In this document: in pieces, positions 22,169-30,454 of the stretch
How the letters are laid out: the number at the start of each line of letters is the position of its first letter
Numbering within the stretch: position 1 is the first letter of the stretch
Source: an uncultured Leptospira sp.
GTDB taxonomy: Bacteria > Spirochaetota > UBA4802 > JAGODF01
NCBI GenBank assembly: GCA_964502925.1
Contig: CAZCYH010000020.1
Coordinates: forward strand, 442 to 64,441
DNA: 64,000 bases
Reading direction: 5' to 3'
Notes under the pieces: generated by a model
Seen by the model: only the letters and a program-made list of their open reading frames with translations
The model's database searches: none
What the model was told of the DNA's origin: nothing
Program-made: the position numbers and the translations under genes

Positions 22169-23333
22169 TACTATATATTTTGATAATGCCGCCACCTCAT
22201 TTCCAAAACCTGAAAAGGTTGTGGAGGGGGTGGCGGATTTCTTACATCGCGCTGCTGGAAATCCTGGACGGTCGGCTCACCGGTTGTCGGTTGAAGCGGG
22301 TGAAGTTGTTTTTGAAGCTCGTGAAAAGCTCGCCGCTCTTTTCGGTATCAAAAACCCCATGCGCGTGATTATGTGTCATAATGCCACCGAGGCGCTGAAT
22401 CTTGCCATCCTGGGCCTGCTTGCGGGAGGAGGACATGCGATTACAACATCAATGGAACACAATAGCGTTTCCCGTCCTTTAAAAGAGCTTGAAAGAAGAA
22501 ATCATATATCACTGACGATTGTGCCGGCATCACCGGAAGGAGCTGTTAAACCGGATGATATCGCTGCTGCTTTTCAACGCGAAACAAAACTCGTGGTGAT
22601 AAATCATGCTTCGAATGTCTTTGGCGTGACACAGCCTGTTGCAGAAATCGGCGCACTTTGTCGAAATGCGAGGCTACCGCTTCTTGTGGATGCGTCGCAA
22701 AGTGCCGGTGTCGTTCAAATCGATATGAAGCGCGATGCGATTGACCTTCTGGCTTTTACCGGCCATAAAGCGCTGTACGGGCCGACCGGGACCGGCGGGC
22801 TCGTCATTTCCGATGATTTTGATTACACACGGATACGCCCTTTGAAATTCGGGGGGACAGGAAGTTTTTCGGATAAAACGTATCAGCCGAATTTTCTGCC
22901 GGACATGTTTGAAAGCGGCACGTTGAACGCAGCGGGAATTGCTGGTCTGGTGGAGGGGATGAAATTTCTTGAAAAGCGGGGGGGAGTGTGCTCGGCGCGC
23001 GACCATAAAAAAATATTAGTTTCGCTTTTTTATGAAGAAGCACTTGAAAAAATAAATAACATAAAGTTTTATGTGAAACCGGACATGTGTGAAACCGGTA
23101 CCGTTTCATTTAACATTGAGGGGATGACGCCGTCGTTTGTGGCGCAAAAGCTTTTGGATGAATATGGCATCATGACACGTGCGGGTCTTCATTGTGCACC
23201 GCTTGCGCATCAGACGATGGGGACCTTTCCTGATGGCACCGTGCGGTTTAGCTTCGGTGTGTTTAATACCGAAGAAGAAGTGCGGTATGCCGTACGGGCA
23301 CTCGCGGAGATGGATTCCACCGCTCGAAAATAG
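22140..23333 (+). CDS. cysteine desulfurase / selenocysteine lyase-like class-V aminotransferase
   Basis: IYFDNAATS N-terminus, PLP Lys in FTGHKALYGPTG, and an active-site Cys region (GLHCAP). Overlaps tusA-like by 29 nt; trimmed from ORF 22026. Confidence 0.85.
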   Translation: MISSLPPHGNTIYFDNAATSFPKPEKVVEGVADFLHRAAGNPGRSAHRLSVEAGEVVFEAREKLAALFGIKNPMRVIMCHNATEALNLAILGLLAGGGHAITTSMEHNSVSRPLKELERRNHISLTIVPASPEGAVKPDDIAAAFQRETKLVVINHASNVFGVTQPVAEIGALCRNARLPLLVDASQSAGVVQIDMKRDAIDLLAFTGHKALYGPTGTGGLVISDDFDYTRIRPLKFGGTGSFSDKTYQPNFLPDMFESGTLNAAGIAGLVEGMKFLEKRGGVCSARDHKKILVSLFYEEALEKINNIKFYVKPDMCETGTVSFNIEGMTPSFVAQKLLDEYGIMTRAGLHCAPLAHQTMGTFPDGTVRFSFGVFNTEEEVRYAVRALAEMDSTARK

Positions 23334-23355
23334 AATATTTTGGGTTTGCGTTGTT

Positions 23356-23577
23356 ATGCAGAATAAATCTGTCATTCTTTACCATTCGAATAATCATGCC
23401 ATATGGACCGGTAAAATTTTAAAAAAGCGCGGCATTTACCATAAGATGATTCCAGTGCCGCGGCATTTGAGTTCCGATTGCGGATATTGTGTGGAAATAC
23501 TCTCGTCAGATGTTCCGGATATTGAAATTTTATTGAAAGAATTCGGCGTGGAATACGAGAGAGTTGAAGAACTTTAG
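23356..23577 (+). CDS. DUF3343-like small protein (putative S/Se-carrier accessory)
   Basis: VILYHSNNHAIWTGKILKKRGIYHKMIPVPRHLSSDCGYCVEI matches the DUF3343 pattern (H.A...EK.L...GI...LIPVPR.ISS.CG). Trimmed from ORF 23179. Confidence 0.55.
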   Translation: MQNKSVILYHSNNHAIWTGKILKKRGIYHKMIPVPRHLSSDCGYCVEILSSDVPDIEILLKEFGVEYERVEEL

Positions 23578-23778
23578 AAATATAAGCTTGAAAAATAGGA
23601 TGATATATGAGGGAACTCCTAAAAGCCATGATAATGATATTCCCTTGTAAGCAAAAAAGGATTCAAGTCGAAAGGTGTTTCCTGACTATAAAGCAAAGAA
23701 AAACGCTTGAAAAATTCTACAATATGTATCACATCTTGACGCAAGAACATTTTTATATATTGTGCTTCGGATAAACCG

Positions 23779-24223
23779 ATGAATGCAAAGCGCTATTGTA
23801 TTGTGATTATTATTACGCTTTTGCCAGTATTTTTAGTTGATAGCTTTGCAGAAATCGCCTGCCGGATATACCGAAATCCCACCATCGGTTTTTCTCTGCT
23901 TGTGCCAACCCTCTGGAGTACTGACGAGATTAGCACCGCTACGCTCGCAGTATTTTCAGCGTACACGAAAGATGCGGAAATCGCAGTTCGGGTTTCTATT
24001 TCAAAGCATTCGTGTTTTGGCACTTCCAAAAAAAATGAAAGTGCGCTGCTTTGTAAATTATTATTCAGGCAGGCTGCCGCTCGATGTGACGGTGAGATAC
24101 TACAATCGGGATAATAAGCTCATCCAAAAATTCAATAAGCGTTTTTCGCCGCATGATATGCTGCCAGCTTCGGAGTATAATCACAAATCCTGGATGGTGG
24201 GGGAATTTTACATCCAGCCTTAA
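23779..24223 (+). CDS. hypothetical secreted protein, possibly frameshifted (two overlapping ORFs)
   Basis: Signal-peptide-like N-terminus MNAKRYCIVIIITLLPVFLVDSFA. Coding continues in the +1 frame (ORF 23837..24223). No homology recognised. Confidence 0.3.
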
Positions 24224-24257
24224 GCCGCGCACCTGCAGGTATGCAAATCAAAAACCC

Positions 24258-24300
24258 TTGACAGCTATCATCACTTCGGGGTGATGATAGCGAGAATACA
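24258..24300 (+). promoter_or_regulatory. putative promoter with overlapping operator hairpin upstream of the sulfatase-family gene
   Basis: TTGACA at 24258, then the 9-bp inverted repeat TATCATCAC-TTCGGG-GTGATGATA. Confidence 0.3.
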
Positions 24301-24320
24301 TCGAATTTCATTTCAGAGAG

Positions 24321-25730
24321 TTGAATATTGCCATGCGTATAATAACACTACTCAAATGTATCTTTTTTTCTTTTATCGTATCATCCCTTTTTTCCTGCGC
24401 CAGGGATGAAATCCACAGCCAGGTACAAAATTCAAAGCGCTTCAATACTGATTCCATTGAAAGCAGACTCGTGCATCCGGGCTGTGAAGCAATCATTCGC
24501 GGAAAAAATTACAATATCATATTGTATTTCTTTGAATCCTTTCCGGCGAAATACATTGACTTCGAGATACACGGCCGCAAGGTAGCGCCACACTGGCGGC
24601 GACTTATGCAGCATGCCTTTGTGGCGCGCAATCACTACGCGAATTTTCCCCTCACCGCCAATGCGCTCTTTTCAGTGTTCGCTTCCGCGTATGACCCAAT
24701 TTTAAAGGAGCCGTTTGAGCCGGGAAAGATTAAAAACTCTGAGACGCTCACGCTCGTGGTGAAGAATTATCCCGATATTCCTCTCACCATGCTGCCGGAG
24801 ATGTTAAAAGACAAAGGATACCGCACGTATTATTTTCACACCTGGACGCTTGGCTATGTGGGCACGCGACGATTTTTGCAGAAGCGGAAATTCGATGTGG
24901 TGCTCGATATGCATCAGCTCAAGCTCGCCTCGTCGTACAATCAAAAACTCGGCTATGGAATTGACGACCGTGCGCTCATTGAGCCGAGTGTGCGCGCACT
25001 CAAATCTGATCCCGGCAAACCATTTTTCGCGGTCTATTGCCCATTGAGTCCGCATTTTCCGTATCCCATTCCAGAAGAAAAATTCGATATTGCCGGGCCT
25101 CCTCAAAAGTATGCAACATTTGAAGAGGATTGCAAACGCAAATACATCAATTCGCTGCATTATTCAGATGCGGTGCTCGGCATGCTCATTGATCGCCTGG
25201 AGGCGGAGAGTCTGCTCGAAAACACGCTTATATTTATATTCGCCGATCACGGGCAGGCCTTTCTTGAACACAAGGGGAATTTTCGGCACAGGCTGGGAAT
25301 TTATGAGGAGAATGTGCATGTTCCGTTTATTATTTACAATAAACAAGTATTTAACGCACCGGTTGAATTTGACGGCATCACAAGTCACATCGATATAACG
25401 CCCACCATTCTTGATGTACTGGGGCTTCCTCCGCTGGCGCATCAGGAAGGGATATCGATGCTTTCTCGGCGAAGGGAGCAGATGGCCATTTTTCAGACGT
25501 ATGGACCTGACCACATGATGGGTGTGCGCGATACCAAGTGGAAATATCTGTATAATTATACGAAAAATACAGCGGAACTGTACGATGTCATTGCCGACTC
25601 GGGGGAGCAGCAAAATGTAGCGGAGAAAATGTCGGAGATTGTTCGACGATATCACAAAGTGCTGGAAAAATCCTACCAGCATCGAATCGACTTTTATAAA
25701 GCTCTCATGAGAAAAGATGGAATGCTGTAG
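24321..25730 (+). CDS. sulfatase/alkaline-phosphatase-superfamily lipoprotein (LtaS/MdoB-like or sulfatase)
   Basis: Lipobox SLFSCA; FIFADHGQAF..HVPFIIYN block typical of the sulfatase fold. No clear C/S-x-P-x-R formylglycine motif found. Confidence 0.65.
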   Translation: MNIAMRIITLLKCIFFSFIVSSLFSCARDEIHSQVQNSKRFNTDSIESRLVHPGCEAIIRGKNYNIILYFFESFPAKYIDFEIHGRKVAPHWRRLMQHAFVARNHYANFPLTANALFSVFASAYDPILKEPFEPGKIKNSETLTLVVKNYPDIPLTMLPEMLKDKGYRTYYFHTWTLGYVGTRRFLQKRKFDVVLDMHQLKLASSYNQKLGYGIDDRALIEPSVRALKSDPGKPFFAVYCPLSPHFPYPIPEEKFDIAGPPQKYATFEEDCKRKYINSLHYSDAVLGMLIDRLEAESLLENTLIFIFADHGQAFLEHKGNFRHRLGIYEENVHVPFIIYNKQVFNAPVEFDGITSHIDITPTILDVLGLPPLAHQEGISMLSRRREQMAIFQTYGPDHMMGVRDTKWKYLYNYTKNTAELYDVIADSGEQQNVAEKMSEIVRRYHKVLEKSYQHRIDFYKALMRKDGML

Positions 25731-25855
25731 GAATCACAAAGCTATCAAATTTTTTCGTTTCAAATTGGAAGCTTTTGGCGTATTTATCTTTTAAAAGTAT
25801 AGGCGTCCCTCACCGGAGGATGCCGGTTGTGAATTTTTGGATATTCTGAATTATG

Positions 25856-26089
25856 TTAACGAGCGAATTCAGCTGCGAAGAGTGAGGGGTCGCTGGGTAA
25901 TCCCCACCAGATGTGAAACACGGTTGCTTCTTCTATACATTTATTGTAAATTGCATAGCTTTTGCAGGCATTAGAATCCACTTCCTCGTCATAGGCACCG
26001 CTTTCAATGCGCTCCACCAGTCCCGGCAAATAGGTCAGCACCGCAATCGCGATCACATGCGAAATCGACCTTCTAAAAAACCGTCGCAT
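25856..26089 (-). pseudogene. truncated copy (C-terminal 77 aa) of the 161-aa multi-copy family
   Basis: MRRFFRRSISHVIAIAVLTYLPGLVERIESGAYDEEVD...WWGLPSDPSLFAAEFAR aligns to residues ~85-161 of the full copies. The N-terminal half and the family promoter are absent. Confidence 0.7.
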
Positions 26090-26209
26090 ATCATTAAAAA
26101 AATCATATAAAATGAAAAAAAATTTCTATCACCTCTTGACGATTGGACGGTTTGTATGTTTATTTATAATATATACCTATGGTCTATATTATAAATCGAG
26201 GAGGCAGGC

Positions 26210-29200
26210 ATGCAGACCACGATAATTCAACCAGCCAGAGATAGTGGCAAAAGGACGCTACTACCCCATAAAAAGAATATACTTCGCCATGGCTTGAAAA
26301 TCATCTCAGTGCAAAGAACCTGTGTGCACGACGGGCCTGGCATTCGCACCACCGTTTTTTTTCAGGGGTGCAATCTCGCATGCATCTGGTGTCAGAATCC
26401 CGAAGCGCGGCCGTTTGGAGATGTGCCGGGGCGAGAGTATCGAGATGTGCAGGAAGTGCTCGATATCATTGAAAGGGATGCGGAGTATCTTCGTGCTACC
26501 GGCGGCGGTGTGACGCTTTCCGGTGGCGAGCCTTTGATGCAGCATCCCGAAGCGCTTTTAGCATTTTTACAGGCATTGAAGAAAAGGAACATTTCTATTT
26601 CCGTTGAAACGACGCTCCATGCGCCGTGGCGGAATATCGAAAAAGTTGTGAAATATGTGGATCTTTTCCTGGTCGATTTGAAGGTGGTGGGTGATGATGA
26701 AAAGCACAGGCGCATTACCGGAGCAGATACCTCCCGTATTAAGGCTAACATAAAAAAGCTTCTTTCCATAGGTGGCAAAGTGAAATTTCGAATGGTCATC
26801 GTTCCCGGGTACAATAATTCGGATGATGATATTCGCCGGGCAGCGGAGTACGTACAATCCCTAAGCTTTTCTTCAATTGAACTATTGAAATACCACAATC
26901 TGTATGAAGGCAAGGCTGCAAGGATGAACGTTGCGGTAGAACATCTGCACATTGCGCCGCAGGAGAGCATGGAGGCGCTCAAAGATGCAATATCGAAATT
27001 TCAATCATATGGAATCGATGCGGAATGCTATGATCTTGATTATCCCCGAAAGAAAGCTGCGTTCACCTCGCGCGTGTACGATATTCAGAACGATATCCGG
27101 TCAAGCGAACATCATCTCTGCTTCGAAGTTGCGAAGCTCAAAACCGAATTCTACAGAAAAAACGGCTTTACAAAACCAAATCCAATTCATCGCGCCGAGC
27201 GACTGAAATATGTGCTTTCAAATAAAAAAATTATCATTTATCCCGGAGAGCTTCTGGTGGGCAATTTCACTTCCAAGCGCAAAGGCGGGCAGGTGTGGGA
27301 GGAGCATTATGGTGTGCTTTTTGCTTCAATCCTGCATCAGATACATCGACAGAAACCAGTTGCCTTCAAATGCTCTTTTCGCGATAAGCTTTCGTTCTAT
27401 TTCAATATTTTCCCTTTCTGGCTTAGAAAGGGGATCCTCGCTCGTGTGAATAAAACTCTGCGCGATTTCATCCTTTTAGTAGCGCGCGCATCGGAAATGA
27501 ATGCCGGATTTAATAATAACATGGCCTCGATTGCTCATTTTATTGTGAATTACGAGCGCGTTCTGCGCAACGGCACGCGCGGCCTCATTTCTGAAATTGA
27601 ATCGGCAAAAAAAGCTAATCCTGAGAAAAAGGATTTTTACGATGGCATGATTATCGCGCTGGAAGCGCTCGAAATATTCGCCGTGCGGTATGCGCATGAG
27701 CTTCGCGTGCTTTCGGAAAACGAAAGCGATCCGCTGCGAAAGGAAGAGCTTCGCCGGATGGCGGAAATCTGCGAGCGCGTGCCGAAATATCCCGCGCGAA
27801 CATTCCATGAAGCGCTTCAGAGCATGCTTTTTTTGCATATTGCGCTATGCATCGAATCGTATGAAAACGCCATCTCTCCCGGAAGGCTCGATCAGATTCT
27901 CTATCCGTATTATAAAAAAGACATGGAGGATGGCATCATCGACTACGAAAAGGCGAAGGAATTGCTGGCGCTTTTTATTATTAAAATGGATGAGGTGATT
28001 CTTGTAAACGACGGAGATACCTATCTTCGCATCGGAAGGCTTTTCGAAACGATGTCCACTGACCAGACCGTGACCATGGGGGGCCTTACTCCCGATGGGA
28101 AGGATGCGACGAACGATATCACCTACATGCTGCTTGATATCTGCGAGCTTCAGCCCTATGCCATAAACATGGCGGCGCGCATACATCCAAAAAGCCCAAA
28201 AGCGTACCTGCGAAGAATTGCCGAGGTGTACTTAAACGGTGCGCCCATGCCCGCGCTCTATAACGATTCGATATATATTGACACCTTGCTTTCGCATTAT
28301 GACACCACCATTGAAAATGCGCGCAATTACGCGATTGTGGGCTGCGTCGAGCCGAATGCCTCCGACGATCATTTCGGGAATACCGATTGCGCCAATGTCA
28401 ATGTGACGCTTCCGCTTCTTCAGGCCATCAAAGGTCAGGAAGACGATTTGTGGAATCTCACATTTCGCGAGCAGATTGATAAAATTATAGCGAAATTCAT
28501 TGAATATAATTTCCGCAGAGAGGGGAAAATTTCAAGATTCATACGCACCAAATATGCTTCCGCGCGTCACAGAAGAAAAATTAAAAAAGCATCTCCAACC
28601 TACAATCCTCCTGCATCAATGGATGAGCTTTTGATTAGATACCAAAAAAGGCTGAATGCGCTTGCGCAATCCATTCTGGCGGATCATCAGAAAATCGAAA
28701 AAGTCATACGCACGCATTTCACCACACCGCTTGCTTCCACGCTCTTTGCTAACTGCATTGCAACCGGCATGGATGTCAACGAAGGCGGGGCGCGTTTTAA
28801 TTCCAGCGGCATTCAGGGAGTGGGTATCACCGACGCTGGCGATTCTCTCCACGCGATCGATGAGGTGGTGTTTAAGAAAAAGCTCTATACGATGCGGGAA
28901 GTTATTGATGCGATCGACAATAACTTTGAAGGCGAAAAGAATGCTGAAATACGCAAGGCGCTTTTAGCGGTGCCGAAATTCGGGCAGGATAATTCTCCCG
29001 AAGCGGTTGCGTGGATAAATACAGCGCTTGAAATGTATGTGAATGCGCTCAAGTCCGTGCCGAATGTGCCGCGCAACGGCATTTATTCTGCCGGCTATTA
29101 TGCGCTGAACGTGAGCGATGTGTACGGCTCGAAGACGCCTGCGCTTCCATCGGGAAGGCTCGCCGGCGTGCCGCTTGCGAACAGCATCACTCCGCATTAT

Positions 29201-29545
29201 GGTATGGAGATGACGGATCTCACCTCGGCGCTGAATTCTGTGGCTGGCATCGATTTCAGGTGCTTCGCGCCCAACGGAACCACGGTGACCTTCACGGTTG
29301 ACTCGGCCCTCTTTCAGGGGCCCGATGGCGTGGACAATCTTGCCGGCATCATCGCGTCGTATTTCAAAAAAGGCGGCATGCAGTTTCAGCCAAACGTGCT
29401 CAACAGGGAAATCCTCATCGATGCGTATCATCAACCCGAGAAGTATCCCTACCTCCTGGTGCGCGTGGCCGGATACTGCGCGTATTTCAATGACCTGTCC
29501 GATGATTTAAAGAAAATCATCATTAACAGGACGTGCTACTCGTAA
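26210..29545 (+). CDS. fusion protein: glycyl-radical-enzyme activase (radical SAM) + glycyl radical enzyme (Cys-x-Glu dehydratase/lyase class)
   Basis: Residues ~30-280 match a PFL-AE-type activase (HDGPGIRTTVFFQGCNLACIWCQNPE, GGGVTLSGGEPL). Residues ~310-1111 match a GRE (ERLKYVL..IYPGELLVGN N-terminus; IVGCVEP catalytic Cys-x-Glu; C-terminal glycyl motif LLVRVAGYCAYF). SD GAGGAGG lies 7 nt upstream. Confidence 0.85.
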   Translation: MQTTIIQPARDSGKRTLLPHKKNILRHGLKIISVQRTCVHDGPGIRTTVFFQGCNLACIWCQNPEARPFGDVPGREYRDVQEVLDIIERDAEYLRATGGGVTLSGGEPLMQHPEALLAFLQALKKRNISISVETTLHAPWRNIEKVVKYVDLFLVDLKVVGDDEKHRRITGADTSRIKANIKKLLSIGGKVKFRMVIVPGYNNSDDDIRRAAEYVQSLSFSSIELLKYHNLYEGKAARMNVAVEHLHIAPQESMEALKDAISKFQSYGIDAECYDLDYPRKKAAFTSRVYDIQNDIRSSEHHLCFEVAKLKTEFYRKNGFTKPNPIHRAERLKYVLSNKKIIIYPGELLVGNFTSKRKGGQVWEEHYGVLFASILHQIHRQKPVAFKCSFRDKLSFYFNIFPFWLRKGILARVNKTLRDFILLVARASEMNAGFNNNMASIAHFIVNYERVLRNGTRGLISEIESAKKANPEKKDFYDGMIIALEALEIFAVRYAHELRVLSENESDPLRKEELRRMAEICERVPKYPARTFHEALQSMLFLHIALCIESYENAISPGRLDQILYPYYKKDMEDGIIDYEKAKELLALFIIKMDEVILVNDGDTYLRIGRLFETMSTDQTVTMGGLTPDGKDATNDITYMLLDICELQPYAINMAARIHPKSPKAYLRRIAEVYLNGAPMPALYNDSIYIDTLLSHYDTTIENARNYAIVGCVEPNASDDHFGNTDCANVNVTLPLLQAIKGQEDDLWNLTFREQIDKIIAKFIEYNFRREGKISRFIRTKYASARHRRKIKKASPTYNPPASMDELLIRYQKRLNALAQSILADHQKIEKVIRTHFTTPLASTLFANCIATGMDVNEGGARFNSSGIQGVGITDAGDSLHAIDEVVFKKKLYTMREVIDAIDNNFEGEKNAEIRKALLAVPKFGQDNSPEAVAWINTALEMYVNALKSVPNVPRNGIYSAGYYALNVSDVYGSKTPALPSGRLAGVPLANSITPHYGMEMTDLTSALNSVAGIDFRCFAPNGTTVTFTVDSALFQGPDGVDNLAGIIASYFKKGGMQFQPNVLNREILIDAYHQPEKYPYLLVRVAGYCAYFNDLSDDLKKIIINRTCYS

Positions 29546-29554
29546 ACATGATTA

Positions 29555-29584
29555 CCCGCGCGCGATTGTCGCGCGCGGGTTTTG
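29555..29584 (+). terminator. rho-independent terminator after the GRE fusion gene
   Basis: CCCGCGCGCG-ATTGT-CGCGCGCGGG followed by TTTT. Confidence 0.7.
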
Positions 29585-29590
29585 CTGGTT

Positions 29591-30139
29591 TCATTTTTCT
29601 AAATTTGGCAGAGGCGCGAACACAAGCGAGGCGGAATTCATGCAGTATCTTTTACCGGTTGGAGGAGGGCCGTCATCAAATACATGTCCTAAATGTGCAT
29701 CGCAGACGGCACAGAGAACTTCTGTACGGATCATCATAAAACTATAGTCTTCTTCGTACCGCACATTGTTTTTATGAACGGGTTCTATGAAACTCGGCCA
29801 GCCTGTGCCGGAATCGAATTTCGCTCTTGAAATAAAAAGATCATTCCCGCAGCAGGCGCAGCGGAAAACGCCCGTACGCTTCTCGAAATTCAGCAGCCCG
29901 CAAAAAGGCCTTTCGGTGCCCTTTCGCCGCGCAACCGCGAAAGTCTCGGGAGATAAAATTTCTTTCCATTCTTCATCGCTCTTAAAAACTCTTTCGACCT
30001 CAATCATGGCGTTTTTCTCAATGCTGAATACCTGTATGGTGAGAGGACGCGCTTTATCTTTTTGGGGTATGTTCAAGTCTGAGCACCTGGATGTAAAGGA
30101 AATAATGATGCATAATTGAATAACAACGAGAAATTTCAT
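29591..30139 (-). CDS. msrB: peptide-methionine (R)-S-oxide reductase MsrB with N-terminal signal-like extension
   Basis: GWPSF, two CxxC pairs (CACCGN..CAVCDAHLGH), and RYCMNSASL. Start uncertain: M at 30139 gives a signal-like N-terminus; M at 30007 gives a cytoplasmic form. Confidence 0.8.
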   Translation of the reverse strand: MKFLVVIQLCIIISFTSRCSDLNIPQKDKARPLTIQVFSIEKNAMIEVERVFKSDEEWKEILSPETFAVARRKGTERPFCGLLNFEKRTGVFRCACCGNDLFISRAKFDSGTGWPSFIEPVHKNNVRYEEDYSFMMIRTEVLCAVCDAHLGHVFDDGPPPTGKRYCMNSASLVFAPLPNLEK

Positions 30140-30366
30140 AATGAATAATATTCTCGCGATTGACCATAAATTTTGCAATCAACGTTTAATTAGAATTTAG
30201 CACAAAAAAGAAGAAAATCAAAAACGAGAATATGGAATCGCGAAAATTAAGTGTTTATGATTGTACATTTTTTTAATGCCGATTGGACGAGGGCGGAACT
30301 AAGTAATCCTTCAAAATATAGGAGGAACCTCTGAAAACCCAATTCCAAATTAAAATGAAAAAAAAA

Positions 30367-30395
30367 GTTGACGAATGTCCAAAAACAGATTATAT
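30367..30395 (+). promoter_or_regulatory. putative sigma70-type promoter of lipoprotein/FadL cassette 1
   Basis: TTGACG, 17-nt spacer, TATATT, about 60 nt upstream of the 30455 start. Confidence 0.35.
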
Positions 30396-30454
30396 TATTG
30401 TTATAAATAAAACTGACAACCCAGTATTATAAATATAAACAGATCTGGAGGTTT

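Noticed and set aside
29787-30119. ORF 29787..30119 (110 aa, plus strand)
   Set aside because: It lies completely antisense to the well-supported msrB gene.
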